63,843 nucleotides of DNA, filler included, from Olpidium bornovanus S191 (GCA_017911155.1; 28 parts of 28 records of this genome joined end to end with filler, not necessarily neighbours in it), one strand, 5' to 3'; positions 23,946 to 36,850 are shown, counted from the first letter of the whole stretch. A program made the numbers and translations. Notes: a model not told the origin generated them from the sequence alone.

Positions 23946-25095
23946 ATGGCCGAGGCCTCGCACCGTGCGCGGGACGACGGATCACACGACGAATCGTGGA
24001 GCCGGCGCGCCGACGCCGGCGCCGCAGCAACAGAACAGAACGCAGCACAGGCGCCGGCCCTCTCGCTACCTCCTCAACCGGAAAGGCGGAGGGCGAAGGC
24101 GCTTCTGAAAAACTACTATGGACTGGAGGGGGCAGGCGGTTTCGGCGGCGTACCGGACGATGACGTGGCGAAGTCTGTTCCGAGGGTCGCCGACCCGATG
24201 GACGTAGGTACGGAGAAGGCGCGGCTCAAGCGACTGCAGTCTTTTGCGGCGCAGCGGTAACGCCTCCAGGCAACGGCCCGAAGGGAGCAACCTATGCTTG
24301 TTTCTGCGTGGTGACCCAATCGCCGTTGCGGTTGGCAGACAGCTCGTCGTTCGACCTCGACCGGTGCTTTCAAAAAGTGCTCCGCGAGAAGTCTCTTGGC
24401 GGCCTGATACAGAAGGACGCGGATCTTCGCAGCGAGATATCCCAGCTGGATGGAGAGATGAAAACGTTGGTTTACGAGAATTACAGCAAGTTCATCAGCG
24501 CCACCGACACGATAAGGAGGGTAGGTTTCTAGGGAGGCCAAGTTTTCTAGACCGCGCTCAGCTGCCTAGCGCTCGAATCTTGACCGGCGGAAAATCGACT
24601 GCGGGAGCAGATGAAGTCGAACGTGGAGAATATGGAAACTGAAATGGCCAGGCTCACGAGCAACATTGACGTTATTACCAAGAGCTCGTCAGCGCTAAAC
24701 GAAGCGTTTGGGGAAAAGCGCCACAAGATCCGACAGCTGTCTGGCGTACACAATTTACTCAAGAAGGTTCGAAGGGCGGCGCGTACCTGGCACATGCCCA
24801 GTTCACTGCTTGTCGTACCTTGGAACCTCGCGGTGGCTCACGCCGCGGGTGGGAACCTGCGCATCCGGCTCCATTTGAATGGCAGCTGCAATTCATTTTC
24901 GAGCTCCCCAATCGGTTGACCGAGTGCCTCAGAACTGGGCTGTATGGTCAGGCGGTACGGTACTACGCCCGCGCCGCAAAATTGCTTGCTCATTATAGGC
25001 ACCTGTCGGTGTTCCGCACCATCGAGGATGAGTGCAGATGCATCATGAAATTTATGGGAGGCGAAGTCAAAAGCCGCATACAGCAAGAAGATGTA
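23946..25095 (+). CDS. VPS51: GARP/EARP subunit Vps51 (Ang2), 5' part
   Basis: LLKNYYGL, MKTLVYENYSKFISATDTIRR|MKSNV, LQFIFELPNRL motifs. Confidence 0.93.
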
Positions 25096-25785
25096 CGTCG
25101 AGGTTAGAGTGCCCGTTGTGAAATGTCGTCTTGTTATTTTGCTTGTTCTACTACCTTGCACATTTCTAGGCAACGCCGGCGGAGGTCTCAGAGTACGCAG
25201 GCTGGCTCCTTGGTTTAGGGGAAGAACCGGNNNNNNNNNNNNNNNNNNNNNNNNNNNNNNNNNNNNNNNNNNNNTTAATTAATTAANNNNNNNNNNNNNN
25301 NNNNNNNNNNNNNNNNNNNNNNNNNNNNNNCATGAACGACGAGGCCAATTGGAGTCAGCCGGATGCGTTGACTGCACCGGCGCCGCTTTTTGGAGGGGGT
25401 CGCCCCAGAGGCAAACGCAGAGTTGCTGCACGGTAGGTATGCAGATGATCCCGTCCCAGCTCCCGAGGATGGGGAATTCAGCATACCACGATCGAGGTGA
25501 GGTCGCAGCGTCATAAGAGCATTTGAACCGCAACGACAAACCTCGAGAAAGACCAACCCAAACGGCACGGAACTTCGTCCAGCGCCCCGGTTGGTCACGC
25601 GACCACTCGGGTTTGCCCACGTGACGCCGCAGACCGGCGGGCTTCTTTCTCATTTGAATTTCGCTCGCGGTCTCCGCTCAAGGGAAAAAAAAAAAAACAA
25701 GAAAAAAAATGGGGCGAAGCGAAAGCCGCCGCAGGCAGAGCAAACTGGACGAAAGCGAGAGTGCGGACGGCGAAGGCGGGAACAC

Positions 25786-27132
25786 ATGGCGGCCGTCCGG
25801 GGATCGTTCCTCTGCGTCCTCCGTGGCCTGGCGCGGGCGGTGGCTTTTACCTACGGCGACACCGGCGTGCCGGCCGGCTTCGCGGCAGGCGGCACCGCCC
25901 TTGTAATGGGGTCGCCCGGCAGGGCTACTCGGGCCGGCCGCACCTGGACGCCGCATATGCCGGACAAGCCTTCCTTTCGAGCGCAGCGCGTGCCGCGCGT
26001 ATGCAACAGCCACGTCGGCTTTCTCGCCGCACATAGCGCTCGGGTAGGGCTTGCTCGCGGTTGGCCTCGGTCGCCGCAAAGATTCTACTCTTCTGGCGCG
26101 TCCGCCGCGACGGCACCCGCGCCCCGCGTGGCGATCGTCGGCAGCGGTCCTGCGGGCTTCTACACCGCGCACCGCCTGCTGAAGGGGTCGCCGGACGTCA
26201 AAGTGGACATGTTCGAGCGCCTCCCCGTGCCGTTCGGACTCGTCAGGTTCGGCGTGGCCCCAGACCACCCGGAGGTCAAGGTTGGTGGGCGAACGGGGTC
26301 CGTCGGTCGGGCAGAGTCGTGGCAAATGTTGCCTGCGCTTCGTGTCTACCAGGCACGCTGATTGAAAGGCCAAAAAAATACCTATTTGCGCGCGGCACAC
26401 TTCCTGCCGCGATCGCCGTTTTGTTTTTTTTTTCTCCAGGCGGTGACAAACAGATTTGAGGAGTTGGCAAGCTCCCCAAGCTTTAGTTTCGTTGGAAACG
26501 TGACGCTGGGTTCATCGCAGCTGACGATGGCGGATATGAAGGATCACTATGACGCGGTGGTGCTTGCGTACGGCGCCAGCGGCGACCGAGAGTTGGGCAT
26601 CCCGGGAGAGCGGGATTTGCGTGGGGTGGTGTCCGCGCGCGCGTTCGTCGGTTGGTACAACGGCCTGCCAGATCACAAGGACCTCGACCCGCGTCTTCTC
26701 CGCAGCCACGACACCGCGGTCGTCGTGGGCATGGGAAACGTCGCGCTCGACGTGGCGAGGATCCTCTTGGCGCCGGTTGAGGAACATCTTAGCCGCACTG
26801 ACATCACGCAGTACGCAATAGAAGCGCTGCGCAAGAGCACGATCCGGAGAGTTGTGCTAGTTGGAAGGCGGGGTCCTCTTCAGGTAACCTGCCAGATGGA
26901 AGGGGGAAGCGTACAAAGGAAACAGAGAGTGCAGAGATCACGGACGCTCACTGGCAATACTGTGCCGCACGCGGACGAAATTCATTTCTAGGCCGCGTTC
27001 ACGGCGAAGGAATTCCGCGAGATGATCACGCTCCAGAGCACGCGCGGGACGCTGTACGATCCTTCCCATTTGCCGCTGGTGCAAGAAGCCGCCGCGAGGA
27101 CGGACTTGCCGAGGCACTGGAAGCGGCTCATG
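25786..27132 (+). CDS. ARH1: Mitochondrial NADPH:adrenodoxin (ferredoxin) reductase, partial
   Basis: [60 protein letters not shown]. Confidence 0.95.
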
Positions 27133-27232
27133 NNNNNNNNNNNNNNNNNNNNNNNNNNNNNNNNNNNNNNNNNNNNTTAATTAATTAANNNNNNNNNNNN
27201 NNNNNNNNNNNNNNNNNNNNNNNNNNNNNNNN

Positions 27233-28750
27233 CATGGTTTTCAGGATGGCCGCCAGTGCGACTAATCGGAGTTTCGCCGGGGTGACCACGTACGACTGTC
27301 GAAGTTGTTTCGGGGTGTTATACGTCGTTGACAGCGCCGCAATGTTCGCGCCGCTTTGCTCCGTCACGCCCTCCTCCGCGCTCTTGCCCTCGGCAGGGGT
27401 CACGTCGAGTTCTGCCTCTAAAACGCGCGTGTTCGTCAGATCCTCGTCTGCCAGACGCATGACCGCATCGTTCAAGGTGGCCGAGCACAGAATCGTCTGG
27501 CGACGCTTCGGTGAACACCCGACTTCGCCGAAACTGTCCGCCGCTCCCGCCTTCGCCGCCTGAGAATGCATGCGCGCCCTGCTGTCCAGAATCTGCACAA
27601 TTTTTCTGATCGTCTCCTCAAATCCCAGGTCCATGAGCCTATCCGCCTCGTCAAGCACAAGCCACCGGAGTTTCTCGACGGCGAACGACTCGGTGTTCTG
27701 CAAGTGGTCCAACAGCCGCCCAGGCGTGCTGACGAGGATAGTCACCCCCTTGCGGAGCCGGGCCTTTTCCGACTTCTTCTTATCGCCTCCACTGACCGTT
27801 CCCGCCACTATCCAGTGCGAGCGCCGCTTGCCGGTGTGCGTGCAGGGCGGAAGAGACAGGATGGTATCCAGGACTTCCGCCTGCTGCCTGGCCAGCTCCC
27901 GGGTTGGGGTGAGCACGATGGCGAGCGTTCCAAGCGAACGAGATGCCGGCGCCGCCTCGTCGCCTCCGGAGGCCAGCAGGCGCTGGACGATGGGGAGCAG
28001 GTAAGACAGGGTCTTTCCCGAACCCGTCTGCGCGCGGACGACCGGGTTCGTGGCGTCGTCGCCGGGGTTCAGGAGAACGGGGATGACCTTGCGCTGGATG
28101 CTCGTCGGCCTGCGCACGTTCAGCCTCGCGGTGACGTGCGCGGCGATGTCGGCGTCAACGCCCAGGGCCTCGAAAGTGTGCGCCGCCGCGGACGACGCGG
28201 CGTTTGACGGGGCGACACGGACGGCCGGCTCCGCGTCGCGAGAGGCGGACGGCGCGGCAGGCAATTCAGGGATCGCAGAGAACAGGGACGAGACGACCTG
28301 CGGCCTCCCGTGATTCACCGCCGCAGCCGGCGCGAACTGCCAAGCGGCCGCCGGCGGCGGCGCGGACCCGGCATCGGCGTCGCCCGCGTCGGCGGCGCCC
28401 GCGGCAGCGTCTTGTCGCCGCCGCCGCCGCAGCTGCTCATGATTGCTAGGTTTCGTGACCGGCCTTTTCCCCGGGTTGGCAGCGTCCGGCTGCTTCGTCG
28501 CCGCCGCAGTAGCGGCAGGGGAAGCGACAGGGCGTTGGGCGGCGGCGCCGGCGCCGCCGTCGGGGGCGGCCGGGGCCCACGCGGACGCCCGGGCAGCCTT
28601 CTTCGCCAGGTGCTTAGCCTTCCACTGGCCCTTCCGCTTCCTCCCGGACACGGCGAGGGAGGGGCGGCGGGCGTTCCCGCCGGCCGGGGCGGGGTTGATG
28701 AGGTTCAGCACGAACCCGCCGTCGTCGCCGGCGTCATCGGCGGCGACCAT
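27233..28750 (-). CDS. DBP7: DEAD-box RNA helicase Dbp7/DDX31, 3' incomplete
   Basis: N-terminal DDGGFVLNL; AQTGSGKT, PTRELA, GGDKKKSEKARLRKG, TPGRLLDHL, DEAD, SAT. Confidence 0.93.
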
Positions 28751-30123
28751 GTCGCCGAAAAAGGGGCTGCTTGACGTTGGCTGCGTCCGATTTCGTTTCG
28801 GAATTTAACGAAGGATTCGCGTACGTTAATGCAAAAAATCTGGGAAACCGGGAAAAGACTTCTCCTTTGTTTATGAGCTTAGGTGTGACTCTCTCCAATG
28901 ACATGCGCGACCATGCCGATCGGAAGGAGCCCTCCTGATGCGACCNNNNNNNNNNNNNNNNNNNNNNNNNNNNNNNNNNNNNNNNNNNNTTAATTAATTA
29001 ANNNNNNNNNNNNNNNNNNNNNNNNNNNNNNNNNNNNNNNNNNNNACGCACCCGTAAATGATGAGGAAAAGGAAGGAGAGTGAAAAGGAGGGACGTTCTA
29101 TGGCGTGTGGGGAAAGGACACGTGATCAACAAAGTAATCAAAACACCGAGAATTTCATCAATCATGCAACTGAAAGCGCTTTTGACGATGTCGTGATCGA
29201 ACCTGGCCCCGGCTTTGGTGCATTGTCAAGATTATCAAACTGCCTCTGGCTTTGGCGGGCGCAGCAACCGTAGCTGCGCTCCATCAGGCCAGATGCGAAC
29301 ATCCCGCATGTAACAAAAGAGAAAGAAACTTCAGATCTGTCTTGTCGTCGTCGTCAGTTTCGGCGTATTGCACATCTCTGCATTTTAGAATATTTTCGTC
29401 TCTCAGTAGTATGCTTACATTGCGTGCTGACCGGTACCTGCACTACCTAGACTACCGAGACCCGCCTCGCATCGAACACCACAGCCGAGCATATACAATG
29501 CGCCTAAATACGTACGTACCGTAAAGGTACCAAAAAAACAGTAGACAGAAGACCCCATCTCCAGATCCATACTCCTGAACTAGACGATTGAATACAACCC
29601 TTAAAACGCGTTGCGCGCAGATTTGTAGCTGACTCGTCGTTACAGTGACACTGTTCCAGGCAATTTTGCCATCAGATTTTTTAACGCCCCCACTTTGATT
29701 TGGCGGTGGGGAAGAAGGGAAGAATAGGATGGGCGTCACGTGATTCGGTTGCTGGAAAACCTCTGCTGCCCGCAACTCGCCTGGGCTGGCCTTCCTTTTT
29801 TTTCTTTTTTTTTTTTTTTTTGTTGCCGCCGCTTGAAAAACACCGCGGACCCCGCACCCATCCCCTTCCCTCCCCGCATTTCCCTGCGCGCCTTTTCGAC
29901 GCACGGAACGCCTAGGTTTGTTTGTCCGGCAGGGTGGTCCAGTCCGTGCCGGTTACAGAAGTTCCCAGCCAAGAGCAGGCTGTACGGAGGGGCCTCCGCA
30001 AACTTTACGCGCGAGATTCTGCCTGCAAAAAAAAAATGCTAACGTCCCGCTTTCCCTCCGTGACTGCGCCGCCGGTCCCACGTTCCGAATTCCACCTTCA
30101 ATTTTGGACACGTCGTAGAAACC

Positions 30124-30923
30124 ATGTCCCTTGCAGCAGCCCGCCTGGCGCCGCTGGCGAACCGCACGGCCGTGACCGCGCCGTTGACGGTTTCGGCCTA
30201 CTCAAAGACCATTCCGGGCCTGGCCAGCTCTTCAGGTCCGGCGGCTCTCCAGCTGAAAAGCGGCAACGCGGCCGCAATCGCAAACACGACTGGTAACCAG
30301 GACGACAAGAAGCATGGTCAGGGCGAGCCCTCTGTAGGCTCCTGGGTCCACGCGTACAACCTGGAGCAGCCTCCGAATGCCAAACATTTTGAGCATGTTC
30401 CGGGGCGTCGCTGGTCAACTGGCGTCAAGCAAGCGGCGGATGGTTCCTTTCTGAGTAGGACGCTGTTCCAAGGTGAGCCGCAAGGATCGCACTACGCGTA
30501 AAGGGCGGTAGATTCGGACCGCACGATGAGGAGAAGCTGCGTGGGGAATAACGTGGACACAGCAATTGACGTGAACGTTGGAGATAATTTTTCGAGTAAT
30601 CACGGCGTGTCCACCTGCTGACATTTGCTGTGCCTGCTTCCTTAGCTCCCACGTTTCCCTTTGGAAACGCTCGCCACCTTAGCACGACGTCAGACACGAC
30701 CAACATTCCTGATTTTAGCAAGTACAGGCACAAGTGCGGCGGACACAATGAGACTTCCAGAGCCTTCACGTACCTAATGGTTGGCTCGATGGGCACGTTG
30801 ACCGCCGTCGCGACGAAAGCGGGCGTAATCGACCTCCTGACCTGCTTATCTCCGGGGCCCCAAGAGCTTGCGTTGGCCACAGTCGAGTTCGATCTCAACA
30901 AGGTGCCGCTGGGCAAGAACATG
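30124..30923 (+). CDS. RIP1: Cytochrome bc1 Rieske iron-sulfur protein, N-terminal part
   Basis: PDFSKY, SRAFTYLMVG transmembrane helix, LATVEFDLNKVPLGKNM; intron from about 30472 to 30644. Confidence 0.85.
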
Positions 30924-31023
30924 NNNNNNNNNNNNNNNNNNNNNNNNNNNNNNNNNNNNNNNNNNNNTTAATTAATTAANNNNNNNNNNNNNNNNNNNNN
31001 NNNNNNNNNNNNNNNNNNNNNNN

Positions 31024-33260
31024 CATGCCGTCGCCTGAAGATGGGATCCCCTCTGTGAAGACGTATCCCGGGGATAGTGCGGAAGTTGCTGAAACGCGCG
31101 CTTCTTTTGAAGCCGGAGGGGACGGCAAGAGTGAGATCTGCGACCGCAGAAAGAAGGACGCGGCCCGGAGTTCGTCTATGGTGATCGAGGAGGGGGATCT
31201 CGACGACGAGAATTTGCACTATAAGCTGGCCGCCCTGCAATATGCCTACCAAGAGACAGACGAAACAGAGGTTGTTGCACCGTCTAAGTCTGGAACGTCG
31301 GCCGATGGCTAGAGCAGGACCCCTTAATTGCCTCGTGGAATTTAGCAGATTGCCGACAATGCAGATAAATCCAGTCACTCACGTAACCCAATAAGACCAG
31401 TGATGCAAAACTCGCCGAAGTCTAGAAGCGATGGAGGTACTTACGCCTTGCTCGCAGAAGCCGTAATCCCAAGATGTAAATCTGCGATTGTTCGGATGCC
31501 TCAGACTCGGCTTTTTTTTTTGTATCTGCCGCGAACGCTAGACTTTTATGGGAAGGTGCGCGCGACGAGCCCAGAACAGCCGGATGATTTGGTACCGTGC
31601 TACAGAAAATGCAAAAGCCCGAAACGAAAGAATGTACGTTGCGCCGCAAACTTGTCTCCCGTGCTGTTCTCCATAAAATCTTGTTCGGCTTTCGTCGCTG
31701 ACAACAGCCAGTAGTCGGATGATGAACTCTGCGAACCCGCCGGAGGTCTCTGGCACCCGGAGATGTCTTTGCGGAGGTACGAAATACATTCCAAATCTAA
31801 TGGCGGTCGGATTCTAGGTGCTGATGCAAAGTGCGTCAGCCACTTAGATGTCGTGCGGTCTGTCGCGTTCCATCCGACGGAATCTTTTCTTCTCTCAGGC
31901 GGCGACGATTGCGTTGTGAAACTTTGGAACGTGCAGCATTCCGCCCGCCGCAGGAAGTGAGTTTGTTCTTTGGTCGTCCATCATCCGGGTGCTCGCGAAT
32001 CTCCGGTGATTTCGCTTTTTTGCTGAAAACCTGCGTGACATTCTCATTTGCAGAGGACTCTCTGATCTCGAGCCTACCGCGAACTACAGGGGACATCTCG
32101 AGCCGGTAACGTGTGTCGCGTTCGACGCGTCGGGCGGGAAGTGCTATTCGGGCTCGCTAGATGCCACGATTCGAGTGTGGCGATTGCCGGATGTGGTGGA
32201 TCCGTACGCACCATACGGTGAGTGCGCTCTCCAAGGTTGAGCCACGAGCATTTCAACAATGCCTTGTTTCCTCCTAAATTCCTCTCCTGATCACGCTCCC
32301 GCGGGAGATTAGATCCCAGCCTGGCAGTGACAATATTGATCGGTCATTCGGACGCTATATGGGATATCTGTCATCACCCGCTGCCAGACTCGTCTTCGGG
32401 TTGCCTTCTCGCGTCGGCCTCGGCTGACGGCACGGTGAAGCTGTGGGAAATGGAACCGGACCCCGGAGGTGGAGGAATCTTGAAACGCTCTCTATTTGGC
32501 AAAGGCAATCACGACGCGGGTAAACCTGGTCGTTTTTTGGGGAGAGTTGCGCTGTGGCAGGTCACACCGCTGACATTCTCCTCGTTCAAGGATTTTCCGG
32601 CGCGATCCCTACGTCAGTAGACTTCTGTCATACAGAACCCAATAAGCTAGCTGTCGCGTACGCGAACTCGGCACTGAGGCTCGTGGATGTCGAAACAGGG
32701 CAAGTAAAAGTGGATTTCGATAGCCGGGAAACGTACGGTGAGTTTCTGTTCCGCTGCCCCTCCGTTTCCTTGCGCCGGGCGGGTTGTGGTGGGAGGGGCG
32801 GGGATGGGGGGGGTAATTCGATTGTCTGGCCGCACGCTGTCGTAAGAGTCCAGTTATCTCACAGCTTTGGTGCTCGCTCGGCGCCAGACGGAACGCCGGC
32901 GACGCAGATCAACTCCGTGGTGGCGCACCCGACGTTGCCGCTGCTAATAACCGGGCACGAAGATTGTCACATCCGGATGTTTGACCTCAAGACAGGTGCG
33001 CTACTAAAATAGCACGGTGGATGAGGAGTGCCGAGATCGCAGGGCCCTCGCCGGCTGAACCTTTTACTTTGATCTTTTGGGACCGACAGGCCAATGTACA
33101 AACTCAATGACAGCGCACCAAGTCGCCGTTTCGAGTGTGGACGTCGACCCTTCCGGCTTGTTTCTTGCCTCAGGCGGTAAGGAATCACAATACCGGGGAA
33201 GCCGAGATTTTTTTTTTGTTAACCTTTTTTCTGTAAGATGGTCTGGCTCGCGTCCGAGAG
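31024..33260 (+). CDS. Striatin (STRIPAK scaffold) WD40 region, partial
   Basis: SHLDVVRSVAFHP, CYSGSLDATIRVW...DPY, GHSDAIWD, LASASADGTVKLW, PTSVDF, QINSVVAHPTLPLLITGHED in striatin order. Confidence 0.88.
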
Positions 33261-33360
33261 NNNNNNNNNNNNNNNNNNNNNNNNNNNNNNNNNNNNNNNN
33301 NNNNTTAATTAATTAANNNNNNNNNNNNNNNNNNNNNNNNNNNNNNNNNNNNNNNNNNNN

Positions 33361-33960
33361 CTGCAAACTCTAGAGTCTTGGTAGGTCCTGTTACCAGCGG
33401 CTTGTTGATCTTCTTGATGACGTCCTGCGACACCAAGATGCCTGTACAGCCACTGTCGATGGTAGCCACCACCGGTATATCGTCTACCGTGGCGTCTATA
33501 CCGAACGAGGCCGGCTCGCGCGGGGTCCAGCCCGTAGACGGGCGCGCGTCGCCGGCGAGCGCGCCCGGGTCTAGTTTTTTGGCTTAGAAGGGCAGGCGAC
33601 TGCTATGTGACCGAGCTGCTTGCAATAGAAGCATGCGCCTTTTTTGCGCAGCTCATCCTGCTCCTTTTTCTTCGACGCGTCTTGCGACGCGTTGCCCCGG
33701 CAGTCTCGTAGCTTCTCTTGGACTTTAGCTACTTTTTTGCGTCGAGGAGGGCGCTCTTCGGGAGCTCGGCGGGGGCGGCCTTCAGAGGCGCAGAGCTTCT
33801 CCTGGAACATAATTTCGTCCAGTTCTTCCGCTTCTCTAATGGCCGTGTCGAAGTCGCGGACCTTCATGACGGTAATGTCGCGTCTGAGCTCTGGCTTCAA
33901 GCCATGCTTGTATGTCTGAAGTTTATCGGACTCGGTGAGGTCCGATTGGTCAGCTGTCAA
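33361..33960 (-). mobile_element. Ty3/gypsy gag C-terminus (CCHC) and aspartic protease start
   Basis: YKHGLKPELR, CFYCKQLGHIAVAC zinc knuckle, then in the -1 frame ATIDSGCTGILVS. Confidence 0.9.
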
Positions 33961-33971
33961 GCGGGTCGTAC

Positions 33972-34760
33972 ACTATTTGAAAGGGACAAAGGACCCGGGC
34001 CTCAAATTCTCAGGATGAGACTCCTACACCGACGGGATGCTGGAAGCTTATTGTGATGCAGACTGGGCAGGTTGTCGTGAAACACGAGCATCGACAACAG
34101 GATTCATTGTCAACTATTGTGGAACACCCATTTTTTGGCGTTCTGCACGGCAGACATGTGTTGCAACGTCTTCGTGCGAAGCGTAATTCATTGCAGGCTC
34201 TACAACTGCACAGGAGATACAATGGATTCGAGCCATGATGAAGAGCATCGAGCCGAGTACAGTTACGCAAGCCACAAAACTCATGATCGATAACACTGGC
34301 GTGGCAGAACTGGCCGCGGATGTCAAAACGTCAAGACGCTCAAAGCACATTGACATCAAGTATCATCATCTGCGTCGATGCGTGCAAGATGGCATGGTTA
34401 CAATCGAGCGCGTTACCACCGCCGATAATCCAGCAGACCTCCTGACAAAGCCACTAAACGGTCCAAAGTTCATCAAGTTTAGGGATATAATCAATATTGG
34501 ATCATATCTGATTTGAGAAAAGTACACACGAGAAACCGCCATGGCGTCAAGAAGGGAAAGGTAAAGTAACGAAAATGGCGAAGTTTAGCTTGACCATGGG
34601 CGTCTTAGTGCGCTTAGTGAGGAGGGGTGTTAGAAATAAAGAACCGAGCTACCGTAGCACTGCGCGCACCCGCCCGGGGATTTTCCTTCTATGTAAAACC
34701 CTGCAGATCGGCGGAATACAGAAGCTCTTTGAGCTCCTCTTCAAAACCTCATATTCTACA
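33972..34760 (+). mobile_element. Ty1/copia RNase H end, polypurine tract and 3' LTR (34628-34760)
   Basis: YCDADWAG, SKHIDIKYH, NPADLLTKPL with in-frame stops; GAGGAGGGG directly before TGTTAG...CTACA. Confidence 0.9.
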
Positions 34761-35037
34761 AGAGTGGGGGGGGGGGGGGGGGGGGAGGATTGCCGTGCGC
34801 CGACCCTCGGCAGGCAAAATACCGAATTCCGCACAGACAGCCGCCGGACGTCAGGCGTCCTGGCAAGTCCCCGACTTTGACGATAAAGCCGCCCTTGGGA
34901 GTCCCCTTTTGACACCGGACACGAATGTATTCGGAAAGACACGGCTGAGCCAGGAGAGGTAACCTGCGTGATACTGCGCCGACGGGCTCGCTCTGCTTTT
35001 CCGCTCGCGCCGCCGTTCCCGGGGGGCGTGGAGAGGG

Positions 35038-35160
35038 TGTAAAATATGAGGTTTTTAGAGGAGCTCAAAGAGCTTCTGTATTCCGCCGATCTGCCAAGCT
35101 TTACATAGAAGAAAATCTTTCTAATTGGTGTAATACCAGATTGGTAGTTAGCAGCAGACA
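35038..35160 (-). mobile_element. Second, diverged copy of the same LTR in inverted orientation
   Basis: The reverse complement of about 35038-35115 matches the 3' part of LTR 34628-34760 (GCAGATCGGCGGAATACAGAAGCTCTTTGAGCTCCTCT shared); the 5' boundary is approximate. Confidence 0.75.
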
Positions 35161-36378
35161 GTATTGTACGATCTATTTGCATCGACAGAGTTGGGAGGAT
35201 GGGAGGGGAGGAACTCACGGTTGGCTGCAAGATGTCCCTGCATCCTTGCGTTCGTGACAGATACCATGACATGAAGAGGGAATTGTTACTCCTGCCTTTT
35301 GTGAATGAGCCCCCCCCCCCCTTAATTCTGAGGCGCTGAGGGCCGGGGAGAATCTTCTTGGCGTTCCGGCCGCCTCTTGTTGTTCTTCTTGCCGATTCTT
35401 TTTTTTTCTTGCGGTGGGCCTTTGATGGCATCGGCTTCGAGCCCCGTGAGGCGCTGCTCGGGCGTTCCGGAAGAGGATCCCGTTGGTAAACTTTTTCGGC
35501 CGAGTGCAGGGCCGGCACGAGGTTTGCGTGCCCTCTTTACAGCCGGCGTTTCTGTACTGCCAGGAGAGGACATGCGCCGCCGGCAGGAATCGTTGGGTTG
35601 GCGGCGTCTTCTCCAGTCAGCTCCCTCGTGTGACTTCACAGTGAGTGAAGTTTAGAGAATGTTGGCGGCATCTTCTCCGGCCAGCTCCTCGTGTGATTTC
35701 ACAGCGAAGTTAGAAATTACGACGACATATGGGAGTATCTCGTAGTCTACCACCGTCTGAGAAGTCGAGCGGTCACAGCTGCATCCAGTCAGCCCTCACA
35801 TCGAGCAGGAAGATTGTTTCCTTGGATGTTCAAGCAGAGAGCCAGCGTAGGCCAGAACGTTTCAGGGAACCGTCCTCCAGCTCCAGGTAGCGCACCTGGA
35901 GAACTGCGTCGAGGTGGCGCCACAGCAGTTGGGGAGTTCCTGGTACTTTTGTACCTCTTCCTCTGCTGCGGGCCTGCCCTCCGTCTGGAAGGTCACCACC
36001 GCCGCGCACTGGAGCTGCGCAAAGCCGGGCTATGGCGTTCAGACGCCAACACGAGGAAGTTTTCCCTGTCAGGCCACAGCCAGGAAGACCAAGTTTTTGC
36101 AGGCGTGGCCCGCGACTGGACAGCGGCGGGGTCGGCGGGGGGGCTTTGTGTTAGAAGCCAACTTTTCTTTTTGAGGCAAAGGAAGAAGAGAGGGCAGGAG
36201 AAACGGCGATGAAAGTGAAGGTGAGGTGACGCAGTGAAGAAGGTGGCGCGGGAGAGGAAGATGAAGGTAAAGGGGGCGAAGGATGTGGCGCAGGGAAAGG
36301 TGAGGACGAGTACGACCGAATGGTGCTGATAATGTGGTAGAAAAGCACTATTTGCAAAACGGTTCTGTTTTTTGTCCG

Positions 36379-36750
36379 CTACAACTGCATGTCCTCGGAC
36401 CCCCACAGCTTGAAAGTTCGATCATAACCCGCAGTGACGATAAATCTGCTGTCTACATGGACAAGGACAGGGGTCAATAACAGAACACGTGAAGGCGAAG
36501 CCGCGTGGACAACCTCGGGGGTCCGCGCGAACATCGCCCGCCCAGACCGGCTCATGCCGCATTCGGCAGCCACACTCCGCGACTCCTTAGCCAGTGGCCC
36601 CAGCGCTCACCTCGACTGACGTCCATGCTCATGATTTTCCCTTCGTGCCCGGCCACTTGCTTCACCAGCTTCCAATCATCCGAACTCCACACCTTCAGCA
36701 TCCCGTCGTAGCCCACCGACGCCAAGTACAGGCCGTCAGAACCCGTGCCA
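36379..36750 (-). CDS. PRP4: U4/U6 snRNP WD40 protein Prp4, last two exons
   Basis: LASVGYDGMLKVW...AGHEGKIMSMDVS|RDSRFIVTAGYDRTFKLW; intron 36610-36453. Confidence 0.85.
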
Positions 36751-36850
36751 NNNNNNNNNNNNNNNNNNNNNNNNNNNNNNNNNNNNNNNNNNNNTTAATT
36801 AATTAANNNNNNNNNNNNNNNNNNNNNNNNNNNNNNNNNNNNNNNNNNNN

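Noticed and set aside
27234-28774. Long plus-strand ORFs opposite DBP7, and similar antisense ORFs over RRP9, the LRR gene, ARH1 and LSC1
   Set aside because: Shadow ORFs expected in very GC-rich coding DNA; no motifs.
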